NCBI GenBank assembly: GCA_027623675.1
Contig: JAQBVF010000005.1
Span: 32,001-96,000 of the forward strand
Length of the DNA stretch: 64,000 nt
Direction: 5' to 3'
Source: Chloroflexota bacterium
GTDB taxonomy: Bacteria > Chloroflexota > Dehalococcoidia > Lucifugimonadales > UBA3495
Shown here in pieces: positions 20,363-29,808 of the stretch. The notes below the pieces were generated by a model, which saw nothing but the letters and a program-made list of their open reading frames with translations, ran no database searches and had not been told where the DNA came from. Positions within the stretch are counted from its first letter, which is position 1, and every line of letters begins with the position of its first letter. Both the position numbers and the translations under genes were made by a program.

Positions 20363-21613
20363 ATGCTGCAAACCCTTGAACTGAGCACCTTCGACGAAGT
20401 AAACCTGTTTTTCGATACTGCCGCCGACCGCTTGGGCCTGAACGATGGATTGAAGCAGATGTTGAAGCGGCCCTGGCGCGAACTCCAGGTCCAGATACCG
20501 GTCCGGATGGACGACGGCCAGATTGAAGTGTTCACGGGGTTTAGGGTACAGCACAACGGCGCCCGTGGACCCTACAAGGGCGGCGTCAGATACCACCCGG
20601 ATGCTGATCTGGAGGAAGTCCGGGCATTGGCGTCGCTGATGACTTGGAAAACGGCGCTGGTTGACATCCCCTTCGGCGGGTCCAAGGGTGGCGTCCAGGT
20701 TGACCCCTTGCGGCTTTCACAGGGCGAATTGAACCGGCTCACCCGGCGGTACACCCAGCAGATAGAGCATCTGATCGGCCCCAACCGGGATATTCCTGCC
20801 CCGGATATGGGCACCAACGCCCAGACCATGGCCTGGATCATGGACGCTTACGGTCAACTCCACGGGCACTCGCCGGCCGCCGTTACCGGAAAGCCGGTGG
20901 AGATGGGAGGATCACTGGGCCGGGAGTCAGCCACCGGCCGGGGCGTGGCCCTGGTGTTGGAAGAGGCGGCCAAAGACGCGGGGTTGGACCTCCAAGGGGC
21001 CAAGATCGCGGTCCAGGGCTTCGGCAACGTCGGCTCTTGGGCGGCGCGCCTGATGTATGACAGCGGTTGCCGGATAATCGCGGTCAGCGGGATTGACGGC
21101 GGTGTGTTCAACCTTGATGGCCTGGACATTCCCAAGTTGCAAGACTACCAGAGGGCTACCGGAGGGGTGGTCGGGTTCGGCGGCGGCGATGGCATCTCCA
21201 ATTCCGAGCTGCTGGAATCGGATTGCGATGTGTTGGTTCCGGCGGCCATCGACAATGCGATCACCGCAGAGAATGCCAGGCACATCAAGGCCCGGATGAT
21301 ATTGGAAGCGGCCAATCACCCCATCACGCCTGAGGCCGACCGTGTTCTGAGCGAAGGCGGTGTCACCATCCTGCCTGATGTTTTGGTCAATGCCGGCGGA
21401 GTGGTGGTGTCCTATTTCGAGTGGACCCAGAACATTCAGGAATTCCATTGGGACGAAATCCGGGTCAACGAGGAACTCAAGAAGACCATGCTTCGTGCCT
21501 ACCACGAGGTGCGGACCCGGAGCGTTAACGCCCAGATCTCCAACCGCCAAGCCGCCTTTGAGATCGGCGTCCAGCGAGTGGCTAGGGCAGTGGAGCTCCG
21601 AGGGTTCGTTTAG
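20363..21613 (+). CDS. gdhA: Glu/Leu/Phe/Val dehydrogenase (glutamate dehydrogenase)
   Basis: GPYKGGVRYHP, MTWK, GG.KGG, DIPAPD, TGKP, QGFGNVG, NAGGVVVSYFEW. Confidence 0.94.
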   Translation: MLQTLELSTFDEVNLFFDTAADRLGLNDGLKQMLKRPWRELQVQIPVRMDDGQIEVFTGFRVQHNGARGPYKGGVRYHPDADLEEVRALASLMTWKTALVDIPFGGSKGGVQVDPLRLSQGELNRLTRRYTQQIEHLIGPNRDIPAPDMGTNAQTMAWIMDAYGQLHGHSPAAVTGKPVEMGGSLGRESATGRGVALVLEEAAKDAGLDLQGAKIAVQGFGNVGSWAARLMYDSGCRIIAVSGIDGGVFNLDGLDIPKLQDYQRATGGVVGFGGGDGISNSELLESDCDVLVPAAIDNAITAENARHIKARMILEAANHPITPEADRVLSEGGVTILPDVLVNAGGVVVSYFEWTQNIQEFHWDEIRVNEELKKTMLRAYHEVRTRSVNAQISNRQAAFEIGVQRVARAVELRGFV

Positions 21614-21886
21614 ACAGGCCGGAAGTTCTTGGCGGTCAGCTTTCAGGGTTCGGGGTCAATCATCGGCCCCTAGCCAGTCTTCTAACACAGAGTCAACCTG
21701 CGACGGCAGCCGCCGAAGAGTCTCTTTTCGCTCTTTCAAGCAAGTCCTAGGCGTAGCGCTTGGATCGGAGCAGCAAGATCCCCCAACCCCTTTTACGAAA
21801 GGGGGCTTTTGGAGGGTTTTTATCTACTGTCATCCCACTTCCCAATATCCAAAAACCAATCTCTGATCGCCCCTGGCATGCTTGGA

Positions 21887-21915
21887 TTGACACCTTTACC
21901 ACCCCTCCGTATCAT
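21887..21915 (+). promoter_or_regulatory. Near-consensus sigma70 promoter for ggt
   Basis: TTGACA-17 nt-TATCAT. Confidence 0.7.
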
Positions 21916-21998
21916 TACCCCCAATGTGAGTCCGTCCGTTTCAGGCACGGGCCCACCTAGGGATCTGACCTGAAAATTCCATCTCACCGGGGGCCAAT

Positions 21999-23756
21999 AT
22001 GGCAATAGGAATCAAGACCTACCGTCCCACAGTTTCGGGTGTGACCCACATGGTCACGGCCGGGCATTACCTGGCCACTGCATCGGGTTACCGGATACTG
22101 GAGCAGGGCGGCAATGCCACCGACGCCGGCGTGGCAGCGGGGATCACGCTGAACGTGGTGCTTCCCCAGTGGACCAACTTTGGCGGCGTGGCTCCCATCA
22201 TCATCCACGACGCCCAGAAGCAGGAAACGGTGTCGATCAGCGGTCTCGGCCGCTGGCCCAAGGCAGCCAACATTGACGACTACCTGGCCAAGTTTGGCGG
22301 CGACCTGCCACCGGGCATCCCGCGAACGGTCACCCCCGCCGGCGCCGACGCCTGGATGACCGCCCTGAAACTCTACGGGACCATGACCTTCGAGCAGGCG
22401 GTCACGCCAGCCATGGAACTGGCCGAACAGGGCTTCCCGGTCCCAACCACCCTGGCGTCGTACCTGGAGAAGACCGGCGACGACCTGACCCACGAGTCCA
22501 GCGGCCAGCCGCAATGGCCTTCCACCGCCGAGATCTTCTTCCCCGGCGGCCGAAGCTTCAAGACTGGCGAGATACTGGTGCAGACCGACCTGGCCCGCAG
22601 CTTCAAGCGGCTGATCGAGGTGGAGCGGCAGAACGCATCCATGGGACGCGAGGGCGCGATCCAAGCGGCGCGCGATTTCTTCTACAAGGGAGAGATCGCC
22701 GAGGAGATGGTGAAGTTCAACCAGGACAACGGCGGACTTCTAACCATGCAAGACCTGGCCGATTTCCATGTCGGCGTCGAGCCACCAGCCCACGGCACCT
22801 ATAAGGGGATCGATGTCTATACCTGCGGTCCCTGGTGCCAAGGTCCGGTGAGCATCCAGGCCCTGCAGATACTCGAAGGCATGGACCTGCAGGCGATGGG
22901 CCACAATAGCGCGGACTACATCCACTCTCTCGTGGAGGCCATCAACCTGGCCATGAGCGACCGCGAAGCGTACTACGGCGACCCCGATTTCGTGGACGTG
23001 CCCATGGAGGGCTTGCTGTCCAAGTCGTTCGCCGCGGAGCGCCGGGCCATGATCGACCCGAAAAAAGCATTCGGAAAGATGCCCGAGGCCGGGGACCCTT
23101 GGGTCCACCAAGGCATGAGATCGCCCAACGGCAAACCGGCCCAGCCCGAACCGGTGAGCGGCGGACTCCAGGCCGATACCAGCTATACGGCTGTGGTCGA
23201 CCGCTGGGGCAACGCCTTCTCGGCCACCCCCAGCGACACCATCGCCTACAACCCAATCGTGAAAGGCCTGGGATTCATCGTATCCGGACGCGGCTCCCAG
23301 TCGTGGCTCGACCCCAACCACCCCAGCTCATTGCAGCCAGGCAAGCGGCCCCGGCTGACTCCCAACCCGGCGCTGGCGATGAAGGATGGCAAGGTGCTGA
23401 TGCCCTTCGGCACGCCGGGCGGCGACGTGCAGCCCCAGTCCATGGTCCAGCTATTCCTGAACGTGACCGAGTTCGGGATGGAGGTCCAGGAGGCCATTGA
23501 GGCTCCCAGGGTATCCACCTGGAATTTCCCCAACTCCTTCTGGCCCCACGCCTACAATCCGGCATTGGTCGGAGTTGAAGGCCGCATCGCGCCCGAAGTG
23601 GTGGCAGACCTGCGCAAGCGCGGCCACGACGTGGAGGTCTGGAACGACTTCACGCCGCGCATGGGTTGTCTATGCGCCATCCACGTGGACCAGGAACGTG
23701 GCGGCCGCAACGGCGGCGCCGACCCTCGCCGCGACGGCTACGCCATGGGCCGCTAG
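21999..23756 (+). CDS. ggt: Gamma-glutamyltransferase family protein
   Basis: GGNA.DA, DREAYYGDP, D-T-S..VVD..GN (catalytic Thr), PGKRP, GTPGG..QPQ, GADPRRDG. Confidence 0.93.
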   Translation: MAIGIKTYRPTVSGVTHMVTAGHYLATASGYRILEQGGNATDAGVAAGITLNVVLPQWTNFGGVAPIIIHDAQKQETVSISGLGRWPKAANIDDYLAKFGGDLPPGIPRTVTPAGADAWMTALKLYGTMTFEQAVTPAMELAEQGFPVPTTLASYLEKTGDDLTHESSGQPQWPSTAEIFFPGGRSFKTGEILVQTDLARSFKRLIEVERQNASMGREGAIQAARDFFYKGEIAEEMVKFNQDNGGLLTMQDLADFHVGVEPPAHGTYKGIDVYTCGPWCQGPVSIQALQILEGMDLQAMGHNSADYIHSLVEAINLAMSDREAYYGDPDFVDVPMEGLLSKSFAAERRAMIDPKKAFGKMPEAGDPWVHQGMRSPNGKPAQPEPVSGGLQADTSYTAVVDRWGNAFSATPSDTIAYNPIVKGLGFIVSGRGSQSWLDPNHPSSLQPGKRPRLTPNPALAMKDGKVLMPFGTPGGDVQPQSMVQLFLNVTEFGMEVQEAIEAPRVSTWNFPNSFWPHAYNPALVGVEGRIAPEVVADLRKRGHDVEVWNDFTPRMGCLCAIHVDQERGGRNGGADPRRDGYAMGR

Positions 23757-23852
23757 GCGATCCTAGCTGGTTCGAACATAGCGATCAAAAACAGGAGTCA
23801 TCCTGGAGATTGCTGGGGGGATGCCGCCGCCTTGGTCATTCCGGCCGCCTTG

Positions 23853-24035
23853 GTCATTCCGAGCGAAGCGAGGAATCTTGTTGCTGGTGGGAGACCAACT
23901 GCCGGTCCCGCGGAACGATAGCAATCTTGAAGTCAAGCAAAGAGATTCTGATCCTTCCGCGGAAGAATCAGAATGACCGGTAGCGAGGGTGGTTGCTCGG
24001 CACGACCGTCATTTCGCCTTTCGCCGAAATGACGG
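23853..24035. repeat. REP-like palindromic cluster (GTCATTC...GAATGAC type)
   Basis: GTCATTCCGAGCGAAGCGAGGAATCT ... AGATTCTGA..TCAGAATGAC (23853-23977); CCGTCATTTCG-8-CGAAATGACGG (24006-24035). Confidence 0.65.
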
Positions 24036-24261
24036 CATCCGCCCAGTAGTGTGCTGCCGGCAATGAAACTTCGGGATAACTCATGCTTTCTATCAACGAT
24101 GGCAGGTGGGCTCGTCCAAGCGACCCCTTCCACCTTTATGGGGCTCGGCCCTAAAGGTCACCGTCGAGGGTTTGAAAGTCGCTTCTACAACGTCACGCTT
24201 CGTCTTTCCTCGAAAGGACGCAGGGACTGCCAAACCGATAGGCAATCGTTCCATGCCACCG

Positions 24262-25010
24262 TTACTCCGCCGTTCGTCCGTCGTCGATGACCAGTTCGGA
24301 GCCGGTTACAAATGACGCTTCGTCGGAGGCGAGGTACAGCGCGCCGTAGGCCACGTCTTCCGGGCGGCCCAGGCGTTTGAGAGGCGTCCGGTTCATGCGG
24401 TCCTCCCGCTGGGTGTCGTCGGCCAGGAAGCCCTCGGTCATGGGCGTTACGATGGTGCCCGGATGCACCGAGTTGGCCCTGATGCCGTCGGCGGCGTACT
24501 GGATGGCCGTCGACTTGGTCAGCAGCCGCACCGCGCCCTTGGATGCCGTGTAGACCGTGGTCTGGCGGCTGCCCACCAGACCAGCCACCGACGAGATGTT
24601 CACGATGGAGCCACCCCCAGCTTGGCGCATGGCGGGGATGACGCTCTTGGTGCCCAAGAACACGCCTTTGGCGTTGATGTCCATCACCTGGTCCCACTCT
24701 GCCGAGCTGGTTTCCTCGACCACGTGGGCGCGGTAGATACCAGCGTTGTTGACCAGGATATCCAACTTGCCGAAGCGGTCCACAGCCTCGTTCACCGCCC
24801 GTTGCCAGGCTGATTCGTCGGTTACGTCCAGCGGCACGAAGACGGTCTCGCCGCCGGCCTCGTTGATCTCGGCCTCCACCTTGCGGCCTTCGTCTTCCAG
24901 CATGTCCCCGATGATCACTTTTGCGCCCTCTTGGCAAAAAGCCTGGCTTCAACCGCGCCCATGCCGCGGGCCCCGCCGCTGATGAGGGCCACCTCATTCT
25001 CCAGTCGCAT
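24262..25010 (-). pseudogene. Frameshifted SDR, tandem paralogue of 25036-25785
   Basis: MRLENEVALISGGARGMGAVEARLFA followed by a 1-nt deletion near 24931 (GCCAAGAGGGC vs GCCAAGGAGGGC); VIDGG changed to VIDDG. Confidence 0.8.
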
Positions 25011-25035
25011 GTTGTCCTCTCCCGCTAACGTCCGG

Positions 25036-25785
25036 CTATTGGGCGGTCCAGCCGCCGTCGATGACTAACTCGGCCCCGGTGACGAAGGAAGATTCGTCGG
25101 AGGCCAGGTACAGCGCCCCGTAGGCCACGTCCTCCGGTTGACCCAGGCGGGCGAGCGGAGTTGGGTCCACCCGCTCGGCCTTGAACCGGGAATCGGCTAT
25201 GGCCTCGGCGGTCATGTCGGTCTGGATGACGCCGGGGTGGATCGAGTTGGAGCGGATGCCATCGGAGGCGTATTGGATCGCGGTGGACTTGGTGAACAGC
25301 CGCACCGCGCCCTTGGAGGCGCTGTAGGCCGAAGAGTACGCCGCTCCCACCAGGCCGGCCACCGATGACAGGTTGATGATGGAGCCGCCGCCGGCTTGGC
25401 GCATGGCGGGGATGGCGGCTTTGGCGCCCAGGAAAACACCCTTGGCATTGATGTCCATCACCTGGTCCCACTCGTCGGAGCTGGTCTCCTCCACCGGGTG
25501 GGCTCGGAAGATCCCGGCGTTGTTCACCAATACGTCCAGCTTTCCGAATCGGCCAAGGGTGGCGGCCACCGCCTGCTCCCACTGGTCTTCGTCGGTTACG
25601 TCCAGCGGCACGAATAAACACTCGCCGCCCGTCTCGTTGATCTCGGCTTCGACCCGTTTGCCCTCGGCCTCCAGCAGGTCCCCGATGACGATCTTGGCGC
25701 CCTCCTTGGCGAACAGTTTCGCTTCAACCGCGCCCATGCCGCGAGCCCCGCCGCTGATCAGGACCACCTTGTTCTCCAGTCGCAT
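25036..25785 (-). CDS. SDR-family oxidoreductase (3-alpha/20-beta-HSD / cyclopentanol DH-like)
   Basis: SGGARGMG, NNAGI, YSASKGAV, NSIHPG, VIDGG. Confidence 0.95.
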   Translation of the reverse strand: MRLENKVVLISGGARGMGAVEAKLFAKEGAKIVIGDLLEAEGKRVEAEINETGGECLFVPLDVTDEDQWEQAVAATLGRFGKLDVLVNNAGIFRAHPVEETSSDEWDQVMDINAKGVFLGAKAAIPAMRQAGGGSIINLSSVAGLVGAAYSSAYSASKGAVRLFTKSTAIQYASDGIRSNSIHPGVIQTDMTAEAIADSRFKAERVDPTPLARLGQPEDVAYGALYLASDESSFVTGAELVIDGGWTAQ

Positions 25786-25858
25786 CGCGCTCGCCTCCCC
25801 ATGATTACCTGCGGCGATTTTAAAGCCTGCCGGTACATAGTCAAGGGCCGGGCCTCGA

Positions 25859-25887
25859 TTGACCGGTGAATGGGCCGCCGATAGAAT
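25859..25887 (+). promoter_or_regulatory. Putative sigma70 promoter for the tlpA-like operon
   Basis: TTGACC-17 nt-TAGAAT. Confidence 0.55.
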
Positions 25888-25901
25888 GGTTGTTACTTCA
25901 T

Positions 25902-26456
25902 ATGGAACCAGTTCCGGCCACACCCACCTCCGTTGTCACCGCTGCTTTCCCTGTCCGGCTTCGTTATCTACCCGTGGCGCTGGTCTTGGTTGGCATCCTT
26001 TTTCTGCTGGCCTGTGGTTCCGGTGAGCGCGCGCGGGACTTTGAAGTAACCCAATTCGACGGCGCCACCTTCCGGCTGTCCGAGGAAACCAAGAGCCAGG
26101 CGGTGGTGCTGAATTTCTGGTATCCGAGTTGTCCTCCCTGCCGCGAGGAGATGCCCGCCTTTCAGGCTGCGTGGCAGGAACTACAGGGCGAGCCGGTCCG
26201 TTTCTTGAGCCTGTATGTGCCCCAGGGATTCGACTCGGAGCAGGACGCGAGGGCCTTCGTGGAAGAATTCGGCCTGACATTTAGCTTCGCCACCGACCGG
26301 TTGGCCCGCATCGCCCAAGCCTACGGGTTGGAGTATTTCCCCAAGACCTATTTCATTGACACCGACCGCCGGATCGTGGCCGCCAAGATCAGCACTCTGA
26401 AAACCGAGGACATCGTGCGGCAGGTCCGCGCGATGATTGGGGACGAGGAGTCTTAG
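25902..26456 (+). CDS. TlpA/ResA-family thioredoxin-like protein, probable lipoprotein
   Basis: Hydrophobic segment plus LLAC lipobox; VVLNFW..SCPPC..EMP; P.TYFID. Confidence 0.9.
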   Translation: MEPVPATPTSVVTAAFPVRLRYLPVALVLVGILFLLACGSGERARDFEVTQFDGATFRLSEETKSQAVVLNFWYPSCPPCREEMPAFQAAWQELQGEPVRFLSLYVPQGFDSEQDARAFVEEFGLTFSFATDRLARIAQAYGLEYFPKTYFIDTDRRIVAAKISTLKTEDIVRQVRAMIGDEES

Positions 26457-26485
26457 GGCACCGTGCCTGCGCTGACGCCCAAAGC

Positions 26486-26971
26486 ATGACCGCCTTAGAT
26501 TGGATACTACTGGCCATCCGCTGGGGACATGCGCTGTCGGCGGTCACCTGGGTCGGCGGGGGAATCTTCTACCTGATGGTTCTGCGGCCGGCCATCCAAA
26601 GAGCACAGGGACTCCCCGCCGACACCAGCCGGGCCATCGGCGTCGAGTTCCGGGGTCTGGTGACCACCGCCATCGCCGTGCTGCTGCTCACCGGGGTAAT
26701 CTTGTCGGTCTCCAGGCTGACCGAGGACGCGGTGACCAGTCCTTACGTGGTAGTGCTGGTGGTCAAGATCGTCCTGGCGCTGTACATGTTCTACGTGGTG
26801 CGTTTCATGCGCCAGGACAGCTACCCAGAAGAACCTCGTCAGGCGGCCGGCGGCTGGCAGCGGCTTCGCGACCGCTTGACCGGCACCACCGCCGTATTGG
26901 TCATCGGCATAGCGGTGATAGGATTATCTGACGTGCTGGACGGTCTCTTGGAGAACGCGCTGGTTTCATAG
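26486..26971 (+). CDS. Four-TM membrane protein (CopD-like)
   Basis: H.L....WVGG..F...VL.P, LLLTG, K..L pattern. Confidence 0.7.
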   Translation: MTALDWILLAIRWGHALSAVTWVGGGIFYLMVLRPAIQRAQGLPADTSRAIGVEFRGLVTTAIAVLLLTGVILSVSRLTEDAVTSPYVVVLVVKIVLALYMFYVVRFMRQDSYPEEPRQAAGGWQRLRDRLTGTTAVLVIGIAVIGLSDVLDGLLENALVS

Positions 26972-26995
26972 GCGGCGAACTAGACTGGAGTTGAG

Positions 26996-27187
26996 ATGAA
27001 GAAAGACCTGATGGACATACTGGCCTGCCCGGTATGCAAGGGTGGGTTGGAGCTGCGGTCCGAAGCGGAAGCGGGCGACGACGTGGTGACCGGCAGCCTG
27101 GTCTGCGCTGCTTGCGACGAGACCTATCCCATCGAAGACTCGATCCCAAACCTGCTGCCACCAGACCTGCGCCGCGAGCTTGGGTGA
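26996..27187 (+). CDS. Trm112-like protein
   Basis: L.DILACPVCKG.L ... L.C..C...YPI.D.IP.LL. Confidence 0.92.
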   Translation: MKKDLMDILACPVCKGGLELRSEAEAGDDVVTGSLVCAACDETYPIEDSIPNLLPPDLRRELG

Positions 27188-27212
27188 TTCACCCGACATA
27201 ACCAGACAAAGC

Positions 27213-27256
27213 GAAAGGCCCCCGGAACCATCAAGTTCCGAGGGCCTTTCTTTTTT
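27213..27256 (+). terminator. Rho-independent terminator between convergent units
   Basis: GAAAGGCCCCCGGAAC-6-GTTCCGAGGGCCTTTC-TTTTTT. Confidence 0.8.
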
Positions 27257-27272
27257 CGAATTTGGCTTACGC

Positions 27273-27812
27273 CTAGCCCTCGCCGGTCAATACGCGGACA
27301 ACCTGAGGGGCCAGCTCTTCAGCCCTGGTTCGCAGGGCCTCCCGGGACAGGTTCTCTATGGGGTGCGGAGTGAAGATGGTCGGGTAATCGGGCGCTCCCC
27401 ACATCTTGGCCATGCCCTGGGCCGTCGGCACGAACCGGTCGGTGCAGATGGTGGCCGATGGTATGCCGGCATTCTCCACGTGGATCCCGTCGTGCACACT
27501 GCACGCACTGCAGGACCCTCAATCACCTATCGCGATGACCACCGAGTCTACTTTCTCGGTCAATTCCTTCAGGGCTGTCGGGTCGGCTGCTTTGGAGGCG
27601 CTGGGCTTCCGGTGCCAGATTACCTCGGTTATCTCATAGCGCGTCCGCAGTACCTCGGCGAGTTCCTCCAGAAGCACGTCCGCGTTGCGCTTGCTGTCGT
27701 CGATGATTCCCAACCGGGTTCCGGCCAGGCTGGCCAGCCGGGGCGCTCCGTCGAAGGGGGCGATTATGGGTTGGGTGACCGGGTTGACCAGTACATGTTC
27801 GCTCTGGGCCAT
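27273..27812 (-). CDS. UGSC-family selenoprotein (179 aa; Sec at TGA 27519-27521)
   Basis: ORFs 27519-27812 and 27273-27497 are in one frame; junction reads AIGD-TGA-GSCSACSVHDG. Confidence 0.88.
27482..27518 (-). promoter_or_regulatory. Candidate SECIS element
   Basis: Directly 3' of the UGA: GGGTCC/GGATCC lower stem, GTGCGT/GTGCAC upper stem, G-starting loop at about +17. Confidence 0.55.
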
Positions 27813-27893
27813 TTGGTTCCCTCTCTATGCGCCCCGGGGGGCGGGTTAGTAGGATTGTCGCAATCTCGAGATGAAATAGCAACGGGCTGGGCG

Positions 27894-28502
27894 CTATTCG
27901 CTGGAATATTCGAAGGGGCAGAACTCCCCGTATTTGCCAGGGAAGTTGAGCTTTAGCCCTTCACCTTCAAACCTGAATGCACTCGTGGTGCAAAGCTCTT
28001 GAATCTTGGAGGTGAATCCGGTGGGTTTGTTGAGGACCGCTAATCCATCCTCGCCGGTCACCGGGTTCTTCATGGGAGAAAGTTGCATCTCGTAGATCCC
28101 ACCTATGATTACGCGGCTATGGATGCCATTCAGTTCCACCTGGAAGGGAACGTATCTAAACCCTAAGAAGTTGGTCGTCAGGTCGAGGAACACACTGAAG
28201 GGCGCTTCTTGTTTAATCATTGATTCGATGGAGGACCGTTGTTTCGCGTCGGCTTTCTCGTCTATCAGCCAAACCGCCGTGCCGTTGCCCAGATGGACGG
28301 CTTCAGGAAAGATGGACACCTCCCCAAAGGTAACGCCGTTCAGGTCAACGCCGTTGTAATGCCCAGTGTCAACATTCCAGATGTACGAGCCCTCGCATGG
28401 CCCGTAGGACGGTGGCTCCTCAAAGTTACACGGGCAACCCCAGGCGCAGTTACAGGCGGCCAACAGGCTGCCCTTCAGATGATGGGGCCGGTGAGAAGTC
28501 AA
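27894..28502 (-). CDS. DUF1326 family protein
   Basis: GSLLAACNCAWGCPC.F..PP..G.C; G.Y.GVDL.G; IDE.A...QR. Confidence 0.88.
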   Translation of the reverse strand: MTSHRPHHLKGSLLAACNCAWGCPCNFEEPPSYGPCEGSYIWNVDTGHYNGVDLNGVTFGEVSIFPEAVHLGNGTAVWLIDEKADAKQRSSIESMIKQEAPFSVFLDLTTNFLGFRYVPFQVELNGIHSRVIIGGIYEMQLSPMKNPVTGEDGLAVLNKPTGFTSKIQELCTTSAFRFEGEGLKLNFPGKYGEFCPFEYSSE

Positions 28503-28517
28503 CGGGCGGTTTACTTC

Positions 28518-29576
28518 CTATCTGATGAGCTTGGTCACGGCGGTGCTGCCGACCTTGGGACCCCAACTGGGGATCACCGATGACATGTTGGATTCCTCAC
28601 CGCCGGCGAAGATCAGCAGGATGTCGTCAGGCTCCGGGATGAGCGAAATCATGGTCTCAGCGTCGCCGGGTTCGGGGTCTCCCTTCAAGACCATGGCCGC
28701 TTTCAGGTCGGCCACGGAGCGTTGGGTGCGGGCGTGGACGAATTCCCTGACCTGGGCTTTGGTCCAGTCCTTCCAGAGGTTGGAGTTGCCGGCGATGGTC
28801 ACCACGATCTGCCCCTGGCGGACGCCGATGCCGGTATCGCCCACGGAGCCGGAGGTGGACATGTTGCTCCCCAAACTGGATGCCACGTCGGATAGGGCGA
28901 TCAGGATGGGCTCGGGGTGGCCCACCGCCCTGACCTGGCGGGGGGACTCACCGGCGAACACGGTCACCGTGCTCTGGTCGGCCGAGAAGCCGCGTTCGAC
29001 GTGGAGTGGCGTCCAATGCGTCTCGGTGTCGGCCTCGGCGATGCAGTACGTGTATTTGCCCGGATGTCCGATGACACTGCGGTCGAACACGCCGGGGATG
29101 GCGGCGCAGGCGTTCATCAACACCAGCCGCACGGCCCGGCCGATGGTGGCGTTGGCCCGGTTGCCTGGGCCGAACAGGTTGTTTCGCGAATTGATGTTCA
29201 GTTCTTTGCAGATGGGGCCGTTCACGATGGACAAGATGGCGGAGCCGCCCATGCTGGATGACGGACCCACCAGGTTGAACACCGGGTCCAACATGGCTTC
29301 GGTGGCGGTCAACAAGACCGGCATGTACTCGGGCAGGCACCCGGCCATGACCGCGTTGGCGGCCACCTTGGCCACGGTTATCTCGCGGCGGCGCTCCGGA
29401 ATCTCTCCGACCACTTCCTCGCCGGGCCGGCCGGAACGCTCGATGAATTCTCCCACCCGCTGTTCCGTGGGCGGGACCACCGGCAATCCGTCGGTCCAAC
29501 CCAGTTCATAGCAGCGCTCGATGGCCTCCAAGGCCGAGTCCCATTGCACAGTTGTTGTATCGCCCGAATCCGGCAA
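28518..29576 (-). CDS. Uncharacterised conserved protein (GWTDGLPVVPPT type)
   Basis: GWTDGLPVVPPT, ANAVMAGC.PEYMPV, GPGNRANATIGRA, GHPGKY..C. Confidence 0.85.
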   Translation of the reverse strand: MPDSGDTTTVQWDSALEAIERCYELGWTDGLPVVPPTEQRVGEFIERSGRPGEEVVGEIPERRREITVAKVAANAVMAGCLPEYMPVLLTATEAMLDPVFNLVGPSSSMGGSAILSIVNGPICKELNINSRNNLFGPGNRANATIGRAVRLVLMNACAAIPGVFDRSVIGHPGKYTYCIAEADTETHWTPLHVERGFSADQSTVTVFAGESPRQVRAVGHPEPILIALSDVASSLGSNMSTSGSVGDTGIGVRQGQIVVTIAGNSNLWKDWTKAQVREFVHARTQRSVADLKAAMVLKGDPEPGDAETMISLIPEPDDILLIFAGGEESNMSSVIPSWGPKVGSTAVTKLIR

Positions 29577-29672
29577 GGTAGGTTTCCTCCGATATAGTGC
29601 CGCCGGGGTCCGGCGGCCTTCACTTCCCGTTTGAGAAGCTGGCCAGCAACGGGAAGCCGGCCAGCGACCGTC

Positions 29673-29704
29673 ATCCTTAGTCCCTCTCCCGAAGGACTAA
29701 GGAT
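29673..29704. terminator. 11-bp-stem hairpin downstream of the NHL gene
   Basis: ATCCTTAGTCC-10-GGACTAAGGAT. Confidence 0.45.
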
Positions 29705-29808
29705 TTTGATGTTGTGTCAACCAAACCCCTCGCTGCACTCGCGGCCATATGGGTGTGGCCGCTTGGGCAGCGGGTGTTTAGTACGGGGCTGCTGTGATCA
29801 GCCGCCGG

